Part shown: piece by piece, positions 17,226-25,872 of the stretch
How positions within the stretch are numbered: the stretch's first letter is position 1
How the letters are laid out: each line of letters begins with the position of its first letter
Source of the DNA: Oscillospiraceae bacterium
GTDB lineage: Bacteria; Bacillota; Clostridia; Oscillospirales; UBA929
Direction: 5' to 3'
NCBI GenBank assembly: GCA_009777475.1
Contig: WRLU01000004.1
Coordinates: 8,582-72,581 of the forward strand
Length of the DNA stretch: 64,000 nucleotides
The notes under the pieces: generated by a model
What the model was told of the DNA's origin: nothing
What the model saw: the letters and a program-made list of their open reading frames with translations, nothing else
Database searches by the model: none
Translations under genes and position numbers: made by a program

Positions 17226-17621
17226 CTAAATTACACCTGTTCTGTTCACCACAATCCATTTGCTTATATAATTCTTCACCCGGTTGCGGAGAACACTGGG
17301 CAGTATAGGCTTGGTCACAACATCAATCGCACCTAAAGTCAAGGCGTGAGACAACACATCCTCATCATTCCAGGAGGTTAAAAGCAAAATCGGAATCGTT
17401 TCCCATTCAGGGTTCCCCATTAATTTCTTCATTGCGTCAAGGCCGCTGATGTCAGGCATTTCAATATCAAGCAGGATCATGTCAGGTTTTGTCTTTTCGA
17501 GCATTTGGAACATCTTTTCAGCTGTTGGCATAGTAAGGACCCGATACTCCGACTCCAGTGCCAATGCCGCGGCCGTAAGGTTTGAATCATTGTCATCCAC
17601 GATAAAAATCAATTTTTGCAT
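17226..17621 (-). CDS. single-domain response regulator (receiver only, CheY-like)
   Basis: IFIVDDND...DMILLDIEMPDISG...VVTKP receiver signature. No output domain. AAGGAGAGG RBS. Confidence 0.85.
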   Translation of the reverse strand: MQKLIFIVDDNDSNLTAAALALESEYRVLTMPTAEKMFQMLEKTKPDMILLDIEMPDISGLDAMKKLMGNPEWETIPILLLTSWNDEDVLSHALTLGAIDVVTKPILPSVLRNRVKNYISKWIVVNRTGVI

Positions 17622-17731
17622 ATTGAACCTCTCCTTTTAAATTTGTGATTTTAGTGTTTTTAGGGATTATCCTTCCGCAGGAGGCATTGATAACCCTGCT
17701 TTTCATAGATTGCAGGGACACATTATAAGAA

Positions 17732-18514
17732 TTACAAAGTTCTAATCAGGCGAAGTGCTTTGTAATCCCTCAAATGCAAAGCTACTTTTTGCCTCAACAC
17801 CTCCTCGTCAATTGGTTTTACAAGAAAATCGTTCGCTCCAACTCCGAGTGCCACCGATACATGGTCAACTGTACCCTCGCTTGTCAGGAAAACAATCGGA
17901 GTTTCTTCATGTGCCGGAATTCTGCGTATGATCGGAACTAGTTCAAATCCGCTCAACACAGGCATTTTACAGTCCATCAAGAACAAATCCGGCGTTATAA
18001 CCTCTAAAAGCTTTTTCAGCTTTTCCGGCTCGGACATTGTATACACGCGATACATATCATGCAGGGCATAATTTATTGTCTGTAAAATACTAGGTGAATC
18101 ATCGACCGCCAAAATCATTGGCTTAGGGGATTCATGCCCTACAGGGTCAAGCTGGTGTTCAATGGTTTTAATGAGCTCCTCTGTAGAATAAGGCTTGAAT
18201 ACCATATCCGCCGCTCCGCTGTTCAGACCTTTTATAACACTTTCCTTATCCCTTTTGCCTGTTAGAAATATAACAGGTATATCGACAAAGCGAGTACTTG
18301 ACTTTAGCTTTTCTATGATATAATATCCGTCCTGATATGGCATATTTATATCTAGCAGTATTAAATCCGGCATGACCCCATTAAGTATTTCAAATAGTTT
18401 CTCTGCCGTTTGCGCCGGATACACCTCGTAATGACTTTTAAGCCTGTCCTTAGTCGATAGAAGGTGTAGGTTAATGTCGTCAACCAAAATAATTTTCCTG
18501 CGATTTCCTTCCAT
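17732..18514 (-). CDS. tandem-receiver response regulator (REC-REC, no output domain)
   Basis: Two complete receiver domains (ILVDD...DLILLDINMP...VFKP and ILAVDD...DLFLMDCKMP...LVKP). ATG at 18514 lies 2 nt after the kinase stop codon. The longer ORF-track start overlaps the kinase gene. Confidence 0.85.
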   Translation of the reverse strand: MEGNRRKIILVDDINLHLLSTKDRLKSHYEVYPAQTAEKLFEILNGVMPDLILLDINMPYQDGYYIIEKLKSSTRFVDIPVIFLTGKRDKESVIKGLNSGAADMVFKPYSTEELIKTIEHQLDPVGHESPKPMILAVDDSPSILQTINYALHDMYRVYTMSEPEKLKKLLEVITPDLFLMDCKMPVLSGFELVPIIRRIPAHEETPIVFLTSEGTVDHVSVALGVGANDFLVKPIDEEVLRQKVALHLRDYKALRLIRTL

Positions 18515-18516
18515 AA

Positions 18517-21500
18517 TTATTCCCCCTTGTTTTCTGTTAGCTTTTCTGCAATTTGCGAAAAGTTTACCAAATCTACATTGTCTTGAAGCCATTGCACCAA
18601 ACCGTTGTCAGACTGATACGCATACTTATTTATATCCTTCATTGCCGCATCAACACCATCCATATCATAGACCTGGCAGGCGGCAAGCAATCTTGACAGC
18701 AAGCCGGGATCCGGCTTGTCCTTTCGCGGCTTGGATTCCACGGCGGCGATATTTTTGAGCAGGCTGTCAATATCCGTGATAAAGGCCTTGAGCCTTTCAA
18801 CAAAGGCCGGATTGCGCTTTCTTATCAAGTCGAGCTTGCCTTCCTTGGCGGCACCCTCAAGTTTTTTGGCAAGCTCCCCTATTTCATCGGCAAAAATATC
18901 AAAGCTCATGCCCTTGATGCCATGAACTGATATTTCATAAGCCCGCAAGCTGCTTTCGTCCACATTTTCCAGCGTTTCCATTGCAGCCCCCGCTCCCGCC
19001 AGGTATGACCGCAGGATCTTTAGATAAATTTCCTCATCACCGTCAAACTTATTTAGGCCCTTGGCTAAATCAATCCCATCAATTTTTGTGTTTTTTATCT
19101 GCATACAGCTACCGGCGATTCTTTCTGCCAGCTTCCCGGCAGCAATCCCCGCCTCTTCAAAATCACTGTGCAATGCCATCTCCTTAATTTTGCCTAATTC
19201 CTCGCGGGTTTCCTTGGAGCATTCTTTAATTTCACTTAAAAGCTCCAGCACACCCTTCCTGTCAAATGCGGCACAAAGCTCTTGCAGTACTCCCAGCTTC
19301 TCTGATAATCCTGCACAGTCAGTTCCGTTAACATAGTCCGTGCGAATATCTTTTTCAACAGCCTCAAGCAATCGGTGCAGCCTCTCTAAAAACTCGGGGC
19401 CGAATCCATTTATTGTTGCCTTGTTTTCATCCCTTCCGGCTGTTTCCAGCTTGTATGCAAGCTCAGACATCTCCTCCTGCCCTATGTTGCCCAATGAGCT
19501 TTTGATGCCATGAACATTCACCACAAAGCTCCTCATGCCCTCTTGTGTTTCAATTTTGCCGTTTTGGAAAAAATCTTCTAAAACTGAAACTGTTTTGTGT
19601 GCATCACGAATAAACGATTCTATCAGGAGATGATCGGCTTTAAGCGGCCCCGCGGACGATTTGACCGGGCGGCTGCGGCTCCTTGCCTCCTCAATGACCT
19701 CTGCTGTCTGCTTGTCCCGCACAAAACGGTTTAAAACGGCATTCAGCTGACGCACGTCTATCGGCTTGGATATGAAGGCATCAAATCCGTTTTGAAGGAA
19801 TATATCCGCCTGCCCTGCCACAGCATTGGCAGTCAGGGCGACAATGGGCAGGGTGTAGCCCATTTCGCGCAGGATCTTTGCTGCCTCAATGCCATCCATC
19901 TCAGGCATCATGTGATCCATGAAGATAATGTCATACGCAGTGCCGTGCCTGACCCTGTCAATCGATTCCTGCCCGCTCATAACCGAGTCTATTTTCAAAC
20001 CGTAGGGCTTTAGCAATCCGCCTGCCACATACAGATTTGTTTCCACATCGTCAACCAGCAGCACGCTGCCGTAGGGCATGGGGTCGCGCACAATCTGGGA
20101 GCGTTTTTTATCGACAATCTGGGTTAGCTTGAAGTTCCGCAGGCTCTCGGCAAGCTCCCTGCCCATTACCGCAGAGCCTACAGCCTTTTGTGGCAGCCGC
20201 ACAACAAACAGCGTACCATCGCCTACATTGCTTTCGGCATGAATTGTTCCGTCCATCAGGCCAACCAAGCTTTGGGTTATGGCAAGACCCAGGCCTGTAC
20301 CCTGTACTGTTTTGCACTCTTCGCGGTAAAACCTGGAGTATTCGTCAAACATACGGCTCACCTGATCCTGGGTCATTCCATACCCGGTATCGCGCACCGT
20401 CAAAACCATTGTTATCCAATCATCGGACATTGGCTCGAAGGTAACGGAAAGCGTGACCTTGCCGGCTGCCGTATACTTAAAGGCGTTTGACAGAAGATTG
20501 TTGAGTATCTGCTTAATCCTCAGCTCATCGCCGATGAGCTTTTCGGGAAGATTTTCGTCAATTTGAAGCTCAAACTCTATATGCTTATCGCCGATTCTCA
20601 TTATATTGAGCTGTGTGGTATCGTTAATCAGGCTGGCGGAGGTATATTCATCAGATAATATGTCAAGCTTGCCCGCCTCTATTTTGGAAAAGTCTAGAAT
20701 GTCATTAATTATGCCAAGCAGCAAATCGCATGAATTGTATATGCGTTCCAGCCCTTCCAGTATCTCAGGCGGAAGGTTGTCGTTCTCCACTAAAATTGCG
20801 ATAATGCCCCATATGGCGTTCATGGGTGTGCGTATCTCGTGGCTCATGTTTGCCAAAAAGGTGCTCTTTGCCTGGCTGGCGGCTTCACTTTCCGCCTGCT
20901 GCTTCATTATCTGCTCCAGCCTGAGCATGCTGTTACGTATGCCATCAACCGAATCGTTTATGCGCGACTGATCACCTGGGAACCGGCGCAGGGGGGCATC
21001 ATGCATCCCATTCACAATACAGGAAATGCAATCAAGCGTTTCATCAATGGATGAACTATAATGCTCCAGAATAGAATTAACCACATTTGCCGCTGCCGCA
21101 AATGAGCCCAAATACTTTGAAGCGTCAATCCTGACCATGTTATCGCCGTCAGCACTGAAGGCACAGGCGGTGCTGTGCACATCCCGGACAAACATGTTGA
21201 CGATATTGGTTACACCAAAAAATGACTTGTATAAAACTGCTATTTCAGTGTCTATTTCAGTGTCTATTTCAGTGTCTATTTCAGTGTCTATTTCAGTGTC
21301 TATTTCAGTGTCTATTTCAGTGTCTATTTCAGTGTCTATTTCAGTGTCTATTTCAGTGTCTATTTCAGTGTCAAAATTTCCAATTGAGATATTATTTGCC
21401 ACATTAGCAAGAGCTGCCATCGGCTTGGAAATTGAATTTGAAATAACTGTCGACAATATTGCCGATGCTATGGCCACAAAAATAGATGTGGCTACCAGGA

Positions 21501-22113
21501 GCAGCAGCAAAAAGTAGGAAGCCTTTTCGGCATCAGCCTGCTTGTCCTTCATATTGTCAGTTACCATGTCGATCATTTCGACCAGCCCGCTGATGAGCGG
21601 GTTCATAACTGTCATTGCTTTGTAAATCTCCGCTTTTGCCTCAGCCTGTGATATCTCGTTCTCCTTCATAAGCTGGGCAAACGGCACCAGATGCTCCTCG
21701 TTGTAGGCCTGCGCCCCGGAAATCATGCCGTCAATTCTTTCTATGTGTTCTTGATACATGTCCCGGTCAATTATTTTGTCCCTGTGCAAATTTTCCTTTG
21801 CCTCATTCATTTTTGAAACAAAGTCATCCATGGCCGACAGTGCCATTTCAAGACGGTCATCCAATGCCCGCGGATTCCCGGCAAGCAGTGCCATAAAAAG
21901 AAAGTCGCGCCTCGCCGACATAATCTGGTATTTTGCCTCGGCATAATAAGAAAACCGGGCGGTGGGATGCTCAATAACATAAGAAAATATATTTCTAGTA
22001 TTAATCAAAGCTATAATTCCAACAGCCGCCACTATTGTACTCAGTGCAAACACAATGGAAAACGCAATGCGTAGCATTTGCTTAATCTTCATATTTCTTA
22101 TTTTTTTCCGCAC
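18517..22113 (-). CDS. hybrid sensor histidine kinase: 2 TM, helical extracytoplasmic domain, HAMP (with DTEI x11 insert), HisKA, HATPase_c, REC, 2 x Hpt
   Basis: H-box FLANMSHEIRTPMNAI. N/G boxes (NLLSNAFKYT, DTGYGM, GTGLGL). Receiver IIFMDHMMPEMDG. Two Hpt motifs (VHGIKSSLGNIG and VHGIKGMSFDIF). GTG start 10 nt after GGGAGG. Confidence 0.9.
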   Translation of the reverse strand: MRKKIRNMKIKQMLRIAFSIVFALSTIVAAVGIIALINTRNIFSYVIEHPTARFSYYAEAKYQIMSARRDFLFMALLAGNPRALDDRLEMALSAMDDFVSKMNEAKENLHRDKIIDRDMYQEHIERIDGMISGAQAYNEEHLVPFAQLMKENEISQAEAKAEIYKAMTVMNPLISGLVEMIDMVTDNMKDKQADAEKASYFLLLLLVATSIFVAIASAILSTVISNSISKPMAALANVANNISIGNFDTEIDTEIDTEIDTEIDTEIDTEIDTEIDTEIDTEIDTEIDTEIAVLYKSFFGVTNIVNMFVRDVHSTACAFSADGDNMVRIDASKYLGSFAAAANVVNSILEHYSSSIDETLDCISCIVNGMHDAPLRRFPGDQSRINDSVDGIRNSMLRLEQIMKQQAESEAASQAKSTFLANMSHEIRTPMNAIWGIIAILVENDNLPPEILEGLERIYNSCDLLLGIINDILDFSKIEAGKLDILSDEYTSASLINDTTQLNIMRIGDKHIEFELQIDENLPEKLIGDELRIKQILNNLLSNAFKYTAAGKVTLSVTFEPMSDDWITMVLTVRDTGYGMTQDQVSRMFDEYSRFYREECKTVQGTGLGLAITQSLVGLMDGTIHAESNVGDGTLFVVRLPQKAVGSAVMGRELAESLRNFKLTQIVDKKRSQIVRDPMPYGSVLLVDDVETNLYVAGGLLKPYGLKIDSVMSGQESIDRVRHGTAYDIIFMDHMMPEMDGIEAAKILREMGYTLPIVALTANAVAGQADIFLQNGFDAFISKPIDVRQLNAVLNRFVRDKQTAEVIEEARSRSRPVKSSAGPLKADHLLIESFIRDAHKTVSVLEDFFQNGKIETQEGMRSFVVNVHGIKSSLGNIGQEEMSELAYKLETAGRDENKATINGFGPEFLERLHRLLEAVEKDIRTDYVNGTDCAGLSEKLGVLQELCAAFDRKGVLELLSEIKECSKETREELGKIKEMALHSDFEEAGIAAGKLAERIAGSCMQIKNTKIDGIDLAKGLNKFDGDEEIYLKILRSYLAGAGAAMETLENVDESSLRAYEISVHGIKGMSFDIFADEIGELAKKLEGAAKEGKLDLIRKRNPAFVERLKAFITDIDSLLKNIAAVESKPRKDKPDPGLLSRLLAACQVYDMDGVDAAMKDINKYAYQSDNGLVQWLQDNVDLVNFSQIAEKLTENKGE
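19453..20870 (-). repeat. paralogous high-identity segment, copy A (kinase core, REC and first Hpt of the 1198-aa kinase)
   Basis: Collinear with 23685-25102 at a constant offset of 4232 nt. Contains perfect runs, for example 75 nt at 19708-19782 = 23940-24014, and about 113 nt near 20025-20140 with one mismatch. Confidence 0.9.
21241..21372 (-). repeat. perfect tandem repeat, 11 copies of a 12-nt unit (plus strand tatttcagtgtc; minus strand GACACTGAAATA = Asp-Thr-Glu-Ile)
   Basis: Direct reading: 21241-21372 is exactly 11 identical units with no substitution, in frame with the kinase, encoding (DTEI)11. Confidence 0.98.
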
Positions 22114-22177
22114 TCCTTTTCAGCCTCCCTTCTCTATATCTGCCCGCGGGCATAGAACCGTATACCTCCGGATCCAT

Positions 22178-23329
22178 CTAATACTTATGCGTTAACGCCT
22201 TCAGCTCCTCCATCCAGTCATAATCGTCAAAAACGCCTTCCTCCACTCCCCAGCCATCCACTACCTTCCCGATATTTGTCATGTTGGTTGAGTAGTCAAG
22301 CTTAGAGGTCTCCACAAGCTGTGCATCAAGGTAATATGTATCGGGCGATTCCTCACCGGCAAATTTCATGGCAAGCAGCCTCATGTTTGATTTGCCGATC
22401 AGGCTGGGGTCTACTGCCGCCGTGGAGACCCATATGTCCTGATTGGTACGCATTAGCTCCATATCGTTGTCGGAAATATCAATCGACATAATTTTAATGT
22501 CCCGCCGTCCGGCCTCCAGAAGGGCATCAAGGCAACCCTTGGCAAGCTCGTCATAATTTCCCCATATAGCATCAACCGAACCCTCTGGAATTTTTTTAAG
22601 CAACTTGCCAAACGCCTTTTTAGCACTTGCGCGGGGCTGGGAGCCGTCCGTCAGATCAATCGCATGAGCCTCTTCAATTTTCCCCTCCCTTACATATCTG
22701 TCAAACACAGTTTTGCGGTTATCAAGGGGGAGTATGTCAGGACTCATATGGGTGCGCACAACCCTGACCGGCGAGTGGTCGAAATAATCAGTAATAGCAT
22801 TAAGCGACAATTCCGCCAGCTTGAAGTCCTCCTGGGCAGTGCTTGTGACCCCGGGCAGGAGCTCAGTGCCAATGTTGTCATTTTTATAGGGGGTTGAGTC
22901 AAATGTCACTACCTTTATGCCCTTTTCAATTGCGGGAAGAAGCGCATCGTATGCATATCCGCTAACATGCGAGAGGATAATGCCGTCATAATCGCCGGCA
23001 ATAGCCTGGGCTATATATTCCCTGCACAGGCCGTTGTCTCCGTTGGTGATAAAGGTATCCACCTCAAATCCAAGGGAAACCCCCTCGACAATACAGCCGG
23101 AAAGAAACAGCTTGGTATGGTCGGAATTAGAGAGGTTGCGGATAACCGCTACCTTAACGGCACCGTCCTCCATCTGGCCGGGCATTACACGGCGTAATAC
23201 ATCTGCAGCCTGGGCGGGGCGGGTCGAATTTATTTCCTCGGGTACAGGGGAAACGCCGGAGGGTGTACACCGTGAGGAGGATAAGACAAGCATACTCACG
23301 GCAACTAAAAATAAGACCATTTTTTTCAT
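22178..23329 (-). CDS. periplasmic-binding-protein type I (sugar/LacI-type) lipoprotein, no adjacent permease
   Basis: Signal peptide with Cys (VLSSSRC). PBP1 fold pattern (KVAVIRNLSNSDH..., GIILSHVSG..., IKVVTFDS). ATG at 23329 lies 9 nt after AAGGAG. Confidence 0.8.
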   Translation of the reverse strand: MKKMVLFLVAVSMLVLSSSRCTPSGVSPVPEEINSTRPAQAADVLRRVMPGQMEDGAVKVAVIRNLSNSDHTKLFLSGCIVEGVSLGFEVDTFITNGDNGLCREYIAQAIAGDYDGIILSHVSGYAYDALLPAIEKGIKVVTFDSTPYKNDNIGTELLPGVTSTAQEDFKLAELSLNAITDYFDHSPVRVVRTHMSPDILPLDNRKTVFDRYVREGKIEEAHAIDLTDGSQPRASAKKAFGKLLKKIPEGSVDAIWGNYDELAKGCLDALLEAGRRDIKIMSIDISDNDMELMRTNQDIWVSTAAVDPSLIGKSNMRLLAMKFAGEESPDTYYLDAQLVETSKLDYSTNMTNIGKVVDGWGVEEGVFDDYDWMEELKALTHKY

Positions 23330-23342
23330 CAAATCATTCTCC

Positions 23343-25763
23343 TTACTTCAGCCTTTCCATCAGGCATTCAGCCGCAATCCCTGCCTCTTCAAACTCACTA
23401 TGTATCACAAGATCTTTAATCCTGTCAAGCCCTTCTCTCGTTTCCCTGGAGCATTCCTTTATGCCGCTTAAAAGCCCTAATACGCCTTTTCTGTCATAAT
23501 CGGCACACAGCCCCTGAAGCTTAGTCAATGCCGCCTTCAATTCCTCACCATCGGTACCATCGGCGTGTTCCGGGTGAATTTCCTTTTCATACTCCTCGCA
23601 AATCCGGCGCAGCATCTCAAAAAAATCCGGGCCGGATTCATTTATTGTCATTAAATCCACATTGCGTCCTGCCAGCTCTAGTTTATATGCAAGCTCAGAC
23701 ATCTCCTCCTGCCCTATGTTGCCCAATGAGCTTTTGATGCCGTGAACAGCCACAACAAAGCCCTTCAAGCCGTCCTCCGTTTCAATCCCGATGTTTTGGA
23801 ACAGATTTTCTAACAACGTAATTGTTTTTCGTGCATCGCGTACAAATGATTCTATAAGGAGCGGGGCGAAATCGGTTTGCCCTCCGCTTGCCTTGCCGGG
23901 ATGGCTCCGGCTCCGCGCCCTCTCAATGACCTCCGGCGGCTGCTTGTCCCGCACAAAACGGTTTAAAACGGCATTCAGCTGACGCACGTCTATCGGCTTG
24001 GATATGAAGGCATCGAAGCCATTTTGTAAAAACAAATCTGCCTGCCCTGCCACGGCATTGGCAGTCAGGGCGACAATGGGCAGGGTGTAGCCCATTTCGC
24101 GCAGTATTTCGGTTACCTCAATGCCATCCATCTCAGGCATCATGTGATCCATGAAAATAATGTCATATTCCTCTCCGCCCCTGACCTTTTCAATAGAGGC
24201 CTTCCCGCTCATAACCGAATCTATTTTCAATCCGTAAGGCTTAAGCAACCCATTTGCCACATACAGATTTGTTTCCACATCGTCAACCAGCAGCACGCTG
24301 CCGTAGGGCATTGGGTCGCGCACAATCTGGGAGCGTTTTTTATCGACAATCTGGGTTAGCTTGAAGTTACGCAGGCTTTCGGCAAGCTCTGGTCCAAGAA
24401 TTTCAGGACCTACAAGCTTTTGGGGCAATTGCACCTCAAACAGCGTTCCTTCTCCCTGTTTGCTCTCGACTTGAATTGTTCCGTCCATCAGGCCAACCAA
24501 GCTTTGGGTTATGGCAAGCCCCAGGCCTGTCCCCTCGACTGTTTTGAACTCCTCGCGATAAAATCTAGAATATTCGTCAAACACGCTCTCAACTTGTTTG
24601 TCTGTCATTCCGTATCCGGTATCGCGTACTCTCAAAACCAGTGTCGCCCACCCCTCTGATGGAATGGCTGAGGCAATGGAAAGCGTGACCTTGCCAGCTG
24701 CCGTATACTTGAAGGCGTTTGACAGAAGATTGTTGAGTATCTGCTTGATCCTCAGCTCATCGCCGATGAGCTTTTCGGGAAGATTTTCGTCAATTTGAAG
24801 CTCGAACTTTATCTGTTTATCACCTATTCTCATCATGTTAAGCTGTACTGTATCGTTAATCAGGCTGGCGGCAGGGTACAATGTAGGCACAATATCCATT
24901 TTACCTGCCTCTATTTTAGAAAAATCAAGAATGTCATTGATTATGCCAAGCAGTAAATCGCATGAATTATACACACGGACCAAGGCATCCAGTGTCCCTC
25001 TGGGAAGCGTTTCATCCTGTATCAGCATCTCGGTAATTCCCAATATGGCGTTCATGGGTGTGCGTATCTCGTGGCTCATGTTTGCCAAAAAGGTGCTCTT
25101 TGACTTATTAGCAATCTCAGCGGCATCATGTGCCTTACGGAGCTTATAGCCGGATATGACCAATGCGGCCAAATCGGCAAGGGAGGCGGCAAAGCTTTGC
25201 TCAATTATAGTCCATTCGCGTTCTTCGGGATATTTTTCACATCTATTCTGTTCGACACAGACAACCCCAACCATCTTATCCCCTATGCGAATGGGTGCGT
25301 CCAGCAGGGCACACAAATCTGGGTCATAGTCTTCAAGCAGACTGGATAATATGTCTGATTTTCTGATGTTGTTGGTGACAACTAAGCGTTCATTTTCGAG
25401 CATAGCTGCGTATTTTTCGCGACAACTAAGGCTAAAGTCTTCCTTAACGGTGAATTCATCATCGTAAATATCATATGAGGAAATGTTTTTTAGTGTTGAC
25501 CGGTCATCGGTTATCTGCCATATGCTGATACCCCGCACACCCAGAGCCTTGCAGCCGTTTAATGCGATCAAATTGGCGGGAGCCACCAAATCCCCTGTCG
25601 ACATTATGTTTGAACGAGTAATTTCAGCTAATGTGCCTGAGAGCTTATCTGCGTATTCATAATCGGCAAGCCGCCCGGACAAATCTTTTTTTGACTTGAT
25701 TCTAATGTAGCACAATATGGAGGTAGCAACAAGGATCAAGGTTATAATCAACGCATATTTCAC
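23343..25763 (-). CDS. hybrid sensor histidine kinase: 1 TM, GAF-like domain, HisKA, HATPase_c, REC, Hpt
   Basis: The H-box, N/G boxes, receiver and Hpt (VHGIKSSLGNIG) are nearly identical to those of the downstream kinase. The N-terminal 220 aa are different (single TM plus GAF-like region IRIGDKMVGVVCVEQ). GTG start after GAGGGAG. Confidence 0.9.
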   Translation of the reverse strand: MKYALIITLILVATSILCYIRIKSKKDLSGRLADYEYADKLSGTLAEITRSNIMSTGDLVAPANLIALNGCKALGVRGISIWQITDDRSTLKNISSYDIYDDEFTVKEDFSLSCREKYAAMLENERLVVTNNIRKSDILSSLLEDYDPDLCALLDAPIRIGDKMVGVVCVEQNRCEKYPEEREWTIIEQSFAASLADLAALVISGYKLRKAHDAAEIANKSKSTFLANMSHEIRTPMNAILGITEMLIQDETLPRGTLDALVRVYNSCDLLLGIINDILDFSKIEAGKMDIVPTLYPAASLINDTVQLNMMRIGDKQIKFELQIDENLPEKLIGDELRIKQILNNLLSNAFKYTAAGKVTLSIASAIPSEGWATLVLRVRDTGYGMTDKQVESVFDEYSRFYREEFKTVEGTGLGLAITQSLVGLMDGTIQVESKQGEGTLFEVQLPQKLVGPEILGPELAESLRNFKLTQIVDKKRSQIVRDPMPYGSVLLVDDVETNLYVANGLLKPYGLKIDSVMSGKASIEKVRGGEEYDIIFMDHMMPEMDGIEVTEILREMGYTLPIVALTANAVAGQADLFLQNGFDAFISKPIDVRQLNAVLNRFVRDKQPPEVIERARSRSHPGKASGGQTDFAPLLIESFVRDARKTITLLENLFQNIGIETEDGLKGFVVAVHGIKSSLGNIGQEEMSELAYKLELAGRNVDLMTINESGPDFFEMLRRICEEYEKEIHPEHADGTDGEELKAALTKLQGLCADYDRKGVLGLLSGIKECSRETREGLDRIKDLVIHSEFEEAGIAAECLMERLK
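23685..25102 (-). repeat. paralogous high-identity segment, copy B (806-aa kinase)
   Basis: See copy A. Mosaic of perfect runs and diverged patches. Confidence 0.9.
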
Positions 25764-25844
25764 GCAAACATCTCCCTCTTATGCACAGGATTTCCCTCAA
25801 GCGGATACCACAAGACAACACTCCGATTCTTCGATTCCTTCACC

Positions 25845-25872
25845 ATTATACACGTTTACAGAAAAAATTCAA
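25845..25872 (-). promoter_or_regulatory. SigA-type promoter candidate of the kinase operon
   Basis: Minus strand: TTGAAT (25872-25867), 16-nt spacer, TATAAT (25850-25845). Lies about 80 nt upstream of the GTG at 25763. Confidence 0.5.

Noticed and set aside
21241-21372. Possible CRISPR array
   Set aside because: The units are only 12 nt, directly abutting with no spacers. They lie in frame inside a long, well-supported CDS, and no cas genes are in the window. This is a coding VNTR, not a CRISPR array.
21137-21517. Plus-strand ORFs translating to (SVSI)n and (CLFQ)n across the 12-bp repeat (21137..21517 and 21222..21407)
   Set aside because: They are antisense or out-of-frame readings of the tandem repeat inside the 1198-aa kinase gene. 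They have no RBS and no independent coding signal.
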